Source of the DNA: Eubacteriales bacterium
GTDB lineage: Bacteria > Bacillota > Clostridia > Oscillospirales > SIG627
DNA: 64,000 bases
Assembly (NCBI GenBank): GCA_045601605.1
Contig: JAZRZY010000158.1
Span: 9,079 to 73,078 of the forward strand
Direction: 5' to 3'
The position numbers were made by a program, and so were the translations under genes. Below are positions 18,361-26,998 of this stretch, in pieces (position 1 is the first letter of the stretch; every line of letters starts with the position of its first letter). The notes under the pieces were generated by a model that worked only from the letters and a program-made list of their open reading frames with translations, searched no databases and was not told the DNA's origin.

Positions 18361-19283
18361 GGCGCTCCTTTCAGGAACCGTTTTGTGTGACGTTTTGCGA
18401 TTTCAATTGAATCGCTTTCGCCTGCGGCAAGCGGGATGGCTTCCATTTTGGAAAACCATGTGATCTGTCGCTTGGCGTAATTGCGAGTGCGACGTTTTAC
18501 GATTTCGACGGCTTCCTCAAGCGTACTCTCCTGCTTCAGGTAACCGAGGAATTCTTTGTAACCGATCGCCTGAGAAGCAGTCGGGGAAAGTGCAAGCCCG
18601 TTTTCCATCAGGGAACGCACCTCATCCGTCAGCCCTGCCTCGATCATTTGGTCAACGCGTTCGTTGCAGGCTCGGTACAGATCTTCGCGGTTTGCAAAGT
18701 TAAGGTAGAAAGCAAGGAAGTCAAATTCCTTGTTGGGCTCTTTTTTTTGTACTTTGGACGGTGCCTCCCCCGTGGAATAGTAGATCTCTAAGGCACGAAC
18801 GATGCGTTTTTCATCGTTTGCGTGAATCTTTGCGGCGCGTGTAGCATCGATTTTTGCAAGCAGCCGATGCAGCGCTTCCGCCCCCTCTGCCTTGAGACGC
18901 TCGTGGAGTTTTGCGCGGATTTCTTCGCTCGTGGGAGTGTTTCCGTAGCTCGGGGTATTGATGAGAGCGTCGAAGTAAAGCCCGGTGCCGCCCGCAACGA
19001 TCGGCAATTTATTCTTTCGGTGGATGGAGCGAATTGCTTCGATGGCATCCTGCCTGTATTTTGCGGCCGAGTAGCTGTCACAGATGTCGCAGACGTCAAT
19101 GAGGTGATGGGGGATTTCGGCGCGTTCCTGTGCCGTCGCTTTTGCGGTGCCGATGTCCATTGCGCGATAGATCTGCATGGAATCCGCGCTGATGATTTCG
19201 CCGTCGAAGGCTCGGGCGAGCTCTAAGGACAGCGACGTTTTTCCGCTTGCCGTCGGGCCGAATACGAGAATGACGGGCTTCAT
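18354..19283 (-). CDS. miaA: tRNA dimethylallyltransferase
   Basis: 309 aa with P-loop GPTASGKT and DSMQIYRAMDIGTAK. Confidence 0.9.
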   Translation of the reverse strand: MKPVILVFGPTASGKTSLSLELARAFDGEIISADSMQIYRAMDIGTAKATAQERAEIPHHLIDVCDICDSYSAAKYRQDAIEAIRSIHRKNKLPIVAGGTGLYFDALINTPSYGNTPTSEEIRAKLHERLKAEGAEALHRLLAKIDATRAAKIHANDEKRIVRALEIYYSTGEAPSKVQKKEPNKEFDFLAFYLNFANREDLYRACNERVDQMIEAGLTDEVRSLMENGLALSPTASQAIGYKEFLGYLKQESTLEEAVEIVKRRTRNYAKRQITWFSKMEAIPLAAGESDSIEIAKRHTKRFLKGAPC

Positions 19284-20347
19284 GGCAAAAAGAGAGCGGC
19301 ATCGCCGAAGGAGAAGAAGCGATAGCGTTCCTCTACGGCGTGGCGATAGGCGCGCATGGTGTCTTCATAACCCCAAAAGGCGCAGACCAACATCAAAAGC
19401 GTGCTCTCGGGGAGGTGGAAGTTTGTGATGAGCCCGTCAATGACGTGAAATGTTTTGCCTGGGTACAAAAACAGATCCGTGCTGTTTCGCCCCGCTTTTA
19501 TCATTTGGCTTTCTGCATCATAGGCGGCTTCCAACGTGCGGCAAGAGGTTGTGCCGACGCTGATGATGCGGCGTCCTTGTGCTTTTGCGCGGTTGATGCA
19601 GGCGGCGCTCTCTTCGGAAATTTCATAAATTTCCGTGTGCATCGGGTGATCGAGGATGTTGTCCTCCTTGACCGGACGGAAGGTGCCGAGCCCGATGTTA
19701 AGGGTGACGGGACAAAATTCGACTCCCATCTGCTTGATTTTTTCGATGAGTTCTTCGGTGAAATGAAAACCGGCGGTCGGGGCGGCGGCACTGCCGGGGG
19801 TTTTGGCATATACGGTTTGATACCGAGACGGATCTTCGCACTTTTCGCGAATGTAAGGGGGAAGCGGCATTTCACCGACCTCATTCAGCAAGGCGAGAAA
19901 CTCGGCGCTTTTTGGGTACGTAAAGCGGATCTTGCGGTTGCCGTTTCTCAGAACAGCGAGCACGGTTGACTCAAGATTTTCTCCGAAGGAAAAGCGTGCA
20001 TTTTCGCGCGCTTTCTTGCCGGGACGCGTCAGGCATTCCCAGGTGTCTTCTTCGCCTTCTACGCGGTTTAAGAGGAGAAATTCCACCGTTCGGTCTGCCA
20101 CGTCGATTGAATGACCGTAAAGGCGAACCGGCAGAACCTTGGTTTGGTTGATGACGAGCACGTCGCCCGCCTTCAGATATTCGCAGATGTCAGAAAAACG
20201 GCGATCGGAAAACCTGCGGTTTTCCTCACACACCAAAAGGCGACTTTCGTCGCGAACCTTGGCCGGATGTTGGGCGATCAGTTCTTCGGGAAGGTCGTAG
20301 AAATAACTGGATTTCAAATGATAGAAATTAGGGGTGTTTTCGCACAT
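19280..20347 (-). CDS. queA: S-adenosylmethionine:tRNA ribosyltransferase-isomerase
   Basis: Start taken at ATG 20347 (MCENTPNFYHLKSSYFYDLPEELIAQHP). The track ORF extends 44 codons further, through the lysine riboswitch, and that extension is rejected. The exact start is uncertain. Confidence 0.85.
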   Translation of the reverse strand: MCENTPNFYHLKSSYFYDLPEELIAQHPAKVRDESRLLVCEENRRFSDRRFSDICEYLKAGDVLVINQTKVLPVRLYGHSIDVADRTVEFLLLNRVEGEEDTWECLTRPGKKARENARFSFGENLESTVLAVLRNGNRKIRFTYPKSAEFLALLNEVGEMPLPPYIREKCEDPSRYQTVYAKTPGSAAAPTAGFHFTEELIEKIKQMGVEFCPVTLNIGLGTFRPVKEDNILDHPMHTEIYEISEESAACINRAKAQGRRIISVGTTSCRTLEAAYDAESQMIKAGRNSTDLFLYPGKTFHVIDGLITNFHLPESTLLMLVCAFWGYEDTMRAYRHAVEERYRFFSFGDAALFLP

Positions 20348-20356
20348 AAAAAACAA

Positions 20357-20385
20357 TTGACATCCTTTGAAATGAGTGTTAAAAT
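20357..20385 (+). promoter_or_regulatory. Promoter of the lysine-riboswitch/dapAB transcript
   Basis: TTGACA (20357-20362), 17 nt, TAAAAT (20380-20385). The predicted TSS falls at the first nucleotides of the L-box P1. Confidence 0.5.
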
Positions 20386-20392
20386 AAACGCA

Positions 20393-20554
20393 AGATAGAG
20401 GCGCTTTTGCGAAGAGTACTCCTGTTTCGGCAGTCCGTGCCTCGGACCGGAGAAAAGGCGTAAGAGCCGAAGAGCACAAGGCGGACGCTTGTGACTCTGG
20501 GCGTCAACCGAACAGGTTGCCGACTGTCACCGAAGGATCGGTGAAGGGCTATCT
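20393..20554 (+). promoter_or_regulatory. Lysine riboswitch (L-box) aptamer
   Basis: The conserved blocks occur in order: AGATAGAGGCGC, GAAGAGTA, GGAGAAAAGG, GCCGAAG, CTCTGGGCG, ACTGTCA. P1 pairs AGATAG 20393-20398 with CTATCT 20549-20554. It lies upstream of dapA-dapB. Confidence 0.8.
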
Positions 20555-20591
20555 ATGCGTAGCGGAAAGGCGAGGCTTTTGTCTTTCTCTT

Positions 20592-20620
20592 ATTATAGCG
20601 CATAGGGGGCCGGTTTTCAA
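20592..20620 (-). promoter_or_regulatory. Candidate queA promoter, antisense to the riboswitch expression platform
   Basis: Minus strand reads TTGAAA (20620-20615), 17 nt, TATAAT (20597-20592). Confidence 0.4.
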
Positions 20621-20637
20621 CCGGTTTTTTGTTTTTT
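20610..20637 (+). terminator. Putative riboswitch terminator
   Basis: Short stem CCGGTT/AACCGG (20610-20615/20619-20624) followed by TTTTTTGTTTTTTT. The stem is weak, so the call is tentative. Confidence 0.45.
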
Positions 20638-20746
20638 TGAAATTCTTTGCATTTTCCTTGTGTATGCTTTTTGCATAGACTGTTTGAGTAGCCCCTCGCG
20701 GGGCATTTCGTAGGTTAAATTTATTTTTCATACAAAGGAGACAAGC

Positions 20747-21634
20747 ATGAAAAAGACCCCGATTTTCCGTGGAGCAGGCACCGCGATCATCACCCCCTTT
20801 CAGAACGGTGAGATCGATTATGCAGCCTTTGCTCAAATCGTTGAGGATCAGATCGCAGCCGGGATCGACGCCATTGTCGTGTGCGGAACCACGGGTGAGG
20901 GAAGCACCCTCTCGGATGAGGAACACCGCGCCCTCATTGAGTTTTGCGTGGAGAAGGTCGGCGGCCGTACTTGCGTGATTGCAGGTACCGGTTCCAATGA
21001 TACCCGCTACGCCGTGGATCTTACGAAGTTTGCCTGCAGTGCGGGAGTGGACGGCGTGCTCGTCGTGACTCCGTACTACAACAAAACCTCTCAGCTGGGT
21101 CTTATCAAGCATTACAATATGGTTGCAGACGCTTCCAGTAAACCGCTTTTGGTGTACAGTGTGCCTTCCCGAACCGGTTTGACAATCACGCCTGAAACGT
21201 ATCGCGAACTTTCCAAACACCCGAACATTTGCGGTGTGAAGGAAGCCAATCCTGACGTTTGCCAAATCACGCGCACTGCCGCGCTCTGCGGAGAGGATCT
21301 CTTGCTTTATGCAGGCAACGACGATATGATCCTGCCCATTCTTTCCTTGGGCGGTCAGGGCGTCATCTCCGTGCTTTCCAACATCATCCCGAAGGAAACA
21401 CACGATATTTGCTATAAGTTTTTTGAGGGTGATATCGAGGGGAGCCGCCGTCTGCAGTTGAAGTATTTGGATTTCATCAGTTCGCTGTTCTGCGAGGTGA
21501 ATCCGATCCCTGCCAAAAACGCGATGCATTTGCTCGGCAAGTGTACGGCAGATGTTCGTATGCCGCTTTGCGAAATGGAGCCGCACAATCTTGAACGGTT
21601 GAAGAAAGCGATGCGTTCGGTCGGTCTGCTCTGA
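20747..21634 (+). CDS. dapA: 4-hydroxy-tetrahydrodipicolinate synthase
   Basis: 295 aa with an AAAGGAG RBS, containing VVCGTTGEGSTLS and YNKTSQ blocks. Confidence 0.9.
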   Translation: MKKTPIFRGAGTAIITPFQNGEIDYAAFAQIVEDQIAAGIDAIVVCGTTGEGSTLSDEEHRALIEFCVEKVGGRTCVIAGTGSNDTRYAVDLTKFACSAGVDGVLVVTPYYNKTSQLGLIKHYNMVADASSKPLLVYSVPSRTGLTITPETYRELSKHPNICGVKEANPDVCQITRTAALCGEDLLLYAGNDDMILPILSLGGQGVISVLSNIIPKETHDICYKFFEGDIEGSRRLQLKYLDFISSLFCEVNPIPAKNAMHLLGKCTADVRMPLCEMEPHNLERLKKAMRSVGLL

Positions 21635-21648
21635 AAGGAAGAATAAGG

Positions 21649-22410
21649 ATGTTGAAAGTCTTGATGCACGGTGCTTGCGGTAAAATGGGCCGTATGATTG
21701 CACAGTGTGCACACTCATTTGAAGATCTCGCGATCGTTTGCGGCGTGGACAGCAGAAGCGAGGCTTTGGAATTCCCTCTGTATCAGAGCTTTTCCGAAGT
21801 TCGTGAAAATGTTGATGTTATCATTGATTTTTCTCACGCTTCCGCCTTGGAAAAGCTTCTTTCCTATGCCGTGGAAAAGTGCATCCCTTGCGTGATAGCA
21901 TCCACGGGGCATTCCTCCGAACAAAAGAAAATGATCGAAGAAGCCGCCTCGAAGATCCCTGTTTTTTACAGCGCCAATTTTTCGCTCGGGGTAAACGTGT
22001 TGCTCTCCGTTTGCCGCAGAGCGGCGGCGGCTTTGGGCGAGAGCTTTGACATTGAAATTGTGGAAAAGCATCACAACCAGAAGGTGGATGCACCGAGCGG
22101 AACTGCGCTGATGCTTGCGGACGGCATTTCTTCCGTGCTGGAAGAGGCGCCCGAGTATGTCTATGAGCGCCGTAGCCGGCATGAAGCTCGTCAAAAACGG
22201 GAGATCGGCATTTCCGCCGTGCGCGGCGGAACGATCGTCGGTGAACACGACGTGATTTTTGCAGGGGCACAAGAGGTCGTCACGTTGAGTCACACCGCCT
22301 ATTCACGCGAGATTTTTGCAAACGGTGCTTTGCGCGCGGCGGCCTTTTTGGCAGAACGTCCGAACGGACTCTATGATATGGAAAGCATGATCGAGGAGCG
22401 TTTGAAATGA
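21649..22410 (+). CDS. dapB: 4-hydroxy-tetrahydrodipicolinate reductase
   Basis: 253 aa containing GACGKMG and EKHHNQKVDAPSGTA. Confidence 0.9.
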   Translation: MLKVLMHGACGKMGRMIAQCAHSFEDLAIVCGVDSRSEALEFPLYQSFSEVRENVDVIIDFSHASALEKLLSYAVEKCIPCVIASTGHSSEQKKMIEEAASKIPVFYSANFSLGVNVLLSVCRRAAAALGESFDIEIVEKHHNQKVDAPSGTALMLADGISSVLEEAPEYVYERRSRHEARQKREIGISAVRGGTIVGEHDVIFAGAQEVVTLSHTAYSREIFANGALRAAAFLAERPNGLYDMESMIEERLK

Positions 22411-22994
22411 CGGATGATCTCTGCCGAAGACTTGAGTTTTTCCTTGAGACGGATCGGATGAAATACGTCATCCGTCGCACGCCTGTGGGCAACATCAGTC
22501 GCAAGGAGAATGATGCGGAGCACTCTTTTTCCCTTGCGTTGCTTGCGATGGTGCTTTCGGATTATGCGGATGAGTCTGTCAATGTGGATCGCGTGATCCG
22601 TATGGCTTTGGTGCACGATTTGATCGAGATTTACGCAGGGGATACCTACGTGTACGATGAGGCCGCAATGCAGACGAAGGCTGCGCGTGAAGATGCGGCG
22701 GCCGAAAAGCTCTTTGGGATGCTGCCGAAAGAGCAGGGCGGGGAATATGAGGCGCTTTGGCGTGAATTCGATGCGGAGGAAACACCCGATGCGCGCTTTG
22801 CCGCTTGCCTTGATCATTTTCAGCCTCTTTTGATGAATTATTATACCGGCGGTGTCTCTTGGATGGAGCACGACGTATGTGTAGAACAAGTGAGAAAGAG
22901 AATGCAAATCATCTCCGAGGTTTCCGAACAGTTGGATGAACTTGTGCAGGCGATGCTTGCGGATGCCGTGCAAAAGGGATGGCTGAAAGAATGA
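22407..22994 (+). CDS. HD-domain phosphohydrolase (YfbR-like)
   Basis: 195 aa containing ENDAEHSFSLA and LVHDLIEIYAGD. ATGA overlap with dapB. Confidence 0.65.
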   Translation: MTDDLCRRLEFFLETDRMKYVIRRTPVGNISRKENDAEHSFSLALLAMVLSDYADESVNVDRVIRMALVHDLIEIYAGDTYVYDEAAMQTKAAREDAAAEKLFGMLPKEQGGEYEALWREFDAEETPDARFAACLDHFQPLLMNYYTGGVSWMEHDVCVEQVRKRMQIISEVSEQLDELVQAMLADAVQKGWLKE

Positions 22995-23085
22995 ATTTCG
23001 GACTGTGCTTGCACAGTCCTTTTTCGTTGATTTTCGCACGGAGATGTGCTATAATTTACACAATGAACAGAAATTTGGAGGACAT

Positions 23086-23922
23086 ATGTTTTTAGCCGAT
23101 TATCATCTGCACTGCGTATATTCATTCGATTATGATAAATCGGCGGATTGCAGTCCGATGTCTGTCTGCCGCCATGCACTTGCAAGCGGGCTCAGCGAGA
23201 TCGCCTTTACGGATCATTACTGCGTGAATGCCATTACGGACGGCTCTTTGCCCGACGTGGATCTTGTTGCACGCAGAAAGGATATTTTGGAGGCAAAAGA
23301 GGCGTTTTCCGGAAAACTTAATGTTCTTTGCGGGATCGAACTCGGTCAACCGACCCAACGTATGGAAGTGGCGGAAAAGATCCTGCGTGAAAACGAGTTT
23401 GATTTTGTCATCGGTTCTCTGCACAACAATGACGGTTTTCCTGATTTTTATTATTTGGATTACAAGAGTTTTTCGCCATATGAAATCAATTCTCTTTGGG
23501 ACACGTATCTTTCGGAGACGATGGCGCATATCCGCTACGGCAACGGAAAGTTTCATTCGCTTGGACATTTGAACTATTTGGAACGGTACATCCATCGTGA
23601 TGGTATGAAGTGCTGTATCGATATCGATTCCAGACTTGAGGTTTATCGTGAGATCTTTCGACTTTTGATCGATTACGGCATTGCATTGGAACTGAACACC
23701 TCCGGCCTTTCAAAGGGGCTGGGCGATACGGTTCCTTGCGGAAAGCTTGCCAAGCTTTATCACGATGTCGGCGGTCGCTTATTTACCGTCGGCAGCGATG
23801 CACATACACCGACGATGGTCGGTAGCTTTGTTCGGGAGACCTATCGTTTTCTGGAATCCATCGGCGTTTGCGAGATCGCAACGTATGAAAAGGGTGAGCT
23901 TTGTCTAAAGCGATTTCTTTGA
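23086..23922 (+). CDS. PHP-domain phosphatase, HisJ (histidinol-phosphatase) family
   Basis: Start is ATG 23086, 5 nt after GGAGGA. Sequence includes MFLADYHLHCVYSFD, AFTDHY and GSDAHTP. The track ORF is 27 codons longer. Confidence 0.65.
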   Translation: MFLADYHLHCVYSFDYDKSADCSPMSVCRHALASGLSEIAFTDHYCVNAITDGSLPDVDLVARRKDILEAKEAFSGKLNVLCGIELGQPTQRMEVAEKILRENEFDFVIGSLHNNDGFPDFYYLDYKSFSPYEINSLWDTYLSETMAHIRYGNGKFHSLGHLNYLERYIHRDGMKCCIDIDSRLEVYREIFRLLIDYGIALELNTSGLSKGLGDTVPCGKLAKLYHDVGGRLFTVGSDAHTPTMVGSFVRETYRFLESIGVCEIATYEKGELCLKRFL

Positions 23923-23939
23923 ATTTGAAACGAGTCGAG

Positions 23940-24011
23940 GGATACACACAGACGACGGCAGGCGTGTATTCTATTTTGTGTACGGTCAAGATCGGTGTGT
24001 ATCCTTTTTTT
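23940..24011 (+). terminator. Long-loop terminator hairpin after the PHP gene
   Basis: Stem GGATACACAC (23940-23949) pairs with GTGTGTATCC (23995-24004), followed by TTTTTT. Confidence 0.45.
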
Positions 24012-24038
24012 AGAATTCGTTAGAAGGAAGCACCGATT

Positions 24039-24066
24039 GCCGCAGCAAACGCTGCGGCACGTTTTT
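24039..24066 (+). terminator. Second terminator-like hairpin immediately 5' of the mgtE RBS
   Basis: Stem GCCGCAGC, loop AAAC, stem GCTGCGGC (24039-24058), then ACGTTTTT. The RBS GGAGGTGAGG begins at 24067. Confidence 0.35.
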
Positions 24067-24081
24067 GGAGGTGAGGAATGA

Positions 24082-25434
24082 ATGTATCGCGCCAAATTTG
24101 AAATATGGCTTTCGCTCTTGAATGCGGGAAAATTGCAAACGCTTTCACGAGAGCTTTTGCAGATCAACGCTGCAGATATCGCGGAATTTTTGGAGGAGAC
24201 AACTCCCGCGCAGACGGCTTTGCTTTTTCGCTTGTTCTCAAAAGATCAGGCGGCGGAGGTGTTTTCGTTTTTGGAGCCCGATCGCCGTGAGGCTCTTGTA
24301 GCGTCTTTTGCAGACTCTGATTTGAAGGTGATGATCGAAGAACTCGCCCTCGACGATGCGGTCGATTTGGTGGAAGAATTGCCTGCGGGTCTTGTCAAGC
24401 GTATCCTTCGTGTCGCATCCCCAAAAACGCGAGAAAACATCAATCGTTATCTCAATTATCCGGACGACTCGGCAGGGAGTATTATGACGGCCGAGTTCAT
24501 TGATCTGCGTGAGAATATGACGGTTTCTGAAGCGTTGGAGCGCGTTCGAAAACGAGCCCTTGAGAGTGAGACTGCGTTTGTCTGTTATTGCACGGATGAG
24601 ACGCGCCACTTGATCGGTGTCGTCGGCCTGTTGGATTTGCTGTATGCGTCTGCATCGGCAACGGTCGGTGAGATCATGGACCGAAACGTCATTTTTGCAC
24701 ACACTCTTGACGACCGCGAAACAGTCGCGGAAATGATATCCAAGTATGACTTTTTGGCTTTGCCGATCGCGGATGCGGAAAACAGATTGGTCGGAATTGT
24801 CACCTTCGACGATGCCCTCGACGTTGTAAAAGAAGAGGCTACGGAAGACATTGAACGTATGGCGGCATTGTTGCCATCGGATACGCCGTATTTGAAAACG
24901 GGCGTTTTCTCGATGTATAAAAACCGTATTTTCTGGCTTCTGTTTCTGATGTTTTCGGGGATGATTTCAGGATTCATTCTCGGGAGTTTTGAGGCCGTAC
25001 TTGCAGCCGTTCCGCTTCTCGTCACGTTTACGCCGATGCTTACGGGAACGGGCGGAAATGCGGGTGCGCAGAGTGCAACGTTGGTGATACGCGGTATGTC
25101 GCTTGGGGAGATTTCGGCAAAGGATTGGTTGAGAGTGCTTTTCAAGGAGCTTTGCGTCGGTTTGCTCATCGGTGCAACGCTCGGAGCGTTCAATTATCTG
25201 CGCGTTCTGATCTTTTATCCCGGAGAAGAGTATGTGCACGCTGTGGCGCTGACGCTTGGGATCAGTATGCTTATTACCGTCATTCTTTCCAAATCGGTGG
25301 GGTGTCTGTTGCCCATCGCGGCCAAAAGACTGGGCGCAGATCCTGCCGTGATGGCTTCTCCGCTTGTTACGACCATCGTGGACAGCGTGTCGCTGGCGAT
25401 CTTTTTGACGGTGGCAAAGTTTTGGATTTTATAG
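24082..25434 (+). CDS. mgtE: Magnesium transporter MgtE
   Basis: 450 aa. N-domain, tandem CBS region and five-helix C-terminal domain, with TGGNAGAQS and PLVTTIVD blocks. Confidence 0.9.
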   Translation: MYRAKFEIWLSLLNAGKLQTLSRELLQINAADIAEFLEETTPAQTALLFRLFSKDQAAEVFSFLEPDRREALVASFADSDLKVMIEELALDDAVDLVEELPAGLVKRILRVASPKTRENINRYLNYPDDSAGSIMTAEFIDLRENMTVSEALERVRKRALESETAFVCYCTDETRHLIGVVGLLDLLYASASATVGEIMDRNVIFAHTLDDRETVAEMISKYDFLALPIADAENRLVGIVTFDDALDVVKEEATEDIERMAALLPSDTPYLKTGVFSMYKNRIFWLLFLMFSGMISGFILGSFEAVLAAVPLLVTFTPMLTGTGGNAGAQSATLVIRGMSLGEISAKDWLRVLFKELCVGLLIGATLGAFNYLRVLIFYPGEEYVHAVALTLGISMLITVILSKSVGCLLPIAAKRLGADPAVMASPLVTTIVDSVSLAIFLTVAKFWIL

Positions 25435-25435
25435 G

Positions 25436-25464
25436 AAAAGACCCGCGTTTGCGGGTCTTTTTTT
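25436..25464. terminator. Bidirectional terminator between mgtE and the M23 gene
   Basis: Stem GACCCGC, loop GTTT, stem GCGGGTC (25440-25457). AAAAG lies upstream and TTTTTTT downstream. Confidence 0.7.
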
Positions 25465-26203
25465 ATTTGAGATATTCGGTGGGATCTACGCAGACGTCGT
25501 CTTCGCGGATCTCGAAATGAAGATGGCTTTCCTCAGCGCATTCGATCAGTGCCGTGTCGCCGACCGCGCCGATCAGATCACCGGCGTGTACTTCGGTGCC
25601 CGCCAAGATCCCTTCGGGAATTTCCAAGGATAAATTTTGATAAACGGATTTCAGACCGCCGCCGTGGTTGAGTACGATCGTTTGACCCATCAAGGGGTCT
25701 GCGTGGATGCTTTCTACAACGCCGTCCGTCAGAGCGCATACGGCATCGCCCACATTACAGGCATAGTCGATTCCCGTGTGTGTGCGGTAGTCGTTCATCG
25801 TGGTTGAATAAACCAACTCTTCCACAGTGAATCCCTTGAGGATCTCCTCGCTGTTCACGGGCGCCATATAGATGCGAGGCGTGTCTTGCGGGGCGGCAGA
25901 AGTATCTTTATCCGCTGTGTCTTTCTCCGGGGTTTCGCTTTCGGCAGGATCGTCTTCCGGTTCGTCTTCTTCGCTCGGAGGTGTTTGAACGGGAATTTCG
26001 TCTTCCGACTCATTGTTTTCGAGATCGACGGATTCGTTCAGATCCGTCAGGGGTGTATCGAGGATTTCGGGAGCCTTCGTCTGTTCGTAGAACAGTTCGT
26101 TGACTGCGGAATATGCACCGATCGCCACTACTGCAAGAACACACAGAGAAAGTGCGATATAAAGCCAAGAGGCATATAAAGGTTTTTTCGTTTGATTGGC
26201 CAT
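25463..26203 (-). CDS. M23/LytM family metallopeptidase, membrane-anchored (SpoIIQ-like architecture)
   Basis: 246 aa. N-terminal TM helix, acidic linker, then LytM blocks HTGIDY, GDAVCA and HLHFEI. Assignment as SpoIIQ is speculative. Confidence 0.7.
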   Translation of the reverse strand: MANQTKKPLYASWLYIALSLCVLAVVAIGAYSAVNELFYEQTKAPEILDTPLTDLNESVDLENNESEDEIPVQTPPSEEDEPEDDPAESETPEKDTADKDTSAAPQDTPRIYMAPVNSEEILKGFTVEELVYSTTMNDYRTHTGIDYACNVGDAVCALTDGVVESIHADPLMGQTIVLNHGGGLKSVYQNLSLEIPEGILAGTEVHAGDLIGAVGDTALIECAEESHLHFEIREDDVCVDPTEYLK

Positions 26204-26295
26204 GGTTTTTCCTTTCCTTGCGATGGTTTCGCAGTTAGTATTTGTGAAAAATTCGCGGTTATGCGAAGAGAAGAAAATATGCCTTTATTTTTTTC

Positions 26296-26324
26296 TTGTG
26301 TGACTTCTAAAATTGTGATATAAT
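26296..26324 (+). promoter_or_regulatory. hpf promoter
   Basis: TTGTGT (26296-26301), 17 nt, TATAAT (26319-26324), with an upstream TG extended -10. Confidence 0.45.
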
Positions 26325-26372
26325 AAAGTCGGAAAGAGACTTCTTTCCAAAACACGCGAAAGGAGCAAGAAA

Positions 26373-26894
26373 ATGAAAACCACTTATGTTGTGAAAAAAG
26401 GAAACCTTTCGGACACTCAGCGCAGAAAGATCGAAAAGAAATTGGTACGCCTCGATCGCTTCTTTGCAGCGGATACGGAGATTGCACTCAAAGTTGCCGC
26501 TGAAAAGAATGAAACTCGCCTTGAGATGACTGTGTTTGACGGTGGTATGATTTACCGCGCGGAGATCAAAGACGCACCGGACGTGCTTTCTGCCGCGGAT
26601 GACGCGGTGGATGTGATCGAAGGACAGCTTCGTAAGTATAAAACCAAACTGGAAAAGCGGCTGCGCGCGGGTGCCTACGAGCCTGCGTGGGAGGAGCGTG
26701 AAGAACCTACGCTCAAAATCACAAATACCAAGAGCTTTTTGTATGATTCGATGAGCCCCGAAGAAGCGGTGCTGCAGATGAATCTCCTCGGACATCAATT
26801 TTATATTTTTAAGAACGAAGAAGCTCAAGACCGCGTCTGCGTCGTTTATCGCAGAAAAGACGGAAGCTACGGAATGATCGAGCCGATTGCATAA
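26373..26894 (+). CDS. hpf: Ribosome hibernation-promoting factor, long form
   Basis: 173 aa with an AAAGGAG RBS. N-terminal S30AE domain and a C-terminal dimerisation domain (EEAVLQMNLLGHQFYIFKN...VVYRRKDGSYGMIEP). Confidence 0.85.
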   Translation: MKTTYVVKKGNLSDTQRRKIEKKLVRLDRFFAADTEIALKVAAEKNETRLEMTVFDGGMIYRAEIKDAPDVLSAADDAVDVIEGQLRKYKTKLEKRLRAGAYEPAWEEREEPTLKITNTKSFLYDSMSPEEAVLQMNLLGHQFYIFKNEEAQDRVCVVYRRKDGSYGMIEPIA

Positions 26895-26899
26895 AGAAC

Positions 26900-26929
26900 G
26901 GCCCCGCTTACCGGCGGGGCCTGGTTTTT
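26900..26929 (+). terminator. hpf terminator
   Basis: Stem GGCCCCGC/GCGGGGCC (26900-26907/26914-26921) followed by TGGTTTTT. Confidence 0.6.
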
Positions 26930-26951
26930 GCAAAAGTTATCCACATTATAA

Positions 26952-26990
26952 AACCAAAAAACGCGCCGATTTGGCGCGTTTTTTGGTTTG
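26952..26990. terminator. Bidirectional terminator (long palindrome)
   Basis: AAACCAAAAAACGCGCC, GATTT, GGCGCGTTTTTTGGTTT. Serves the convergent hpf and aminotransferase operons. Confidence 0.6.
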
Positions 26991-26998
26991 AATCGTCG

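Noticed and set aside
23923-24081. M-box (Mg2+) riboswitch upstream of mgtE
   Set aside because: The gap is short and is occupied by two simple hairpins. None of the conserved M-box blocks I remember are present.
26204-26372. A structured raiA-type RNA upstream of hpf
   Set aside because: A sigma-A promoter at 26296-26324 leaves only a ~45-nt leader with one small hairpin. That is too short for a large structured RNA.
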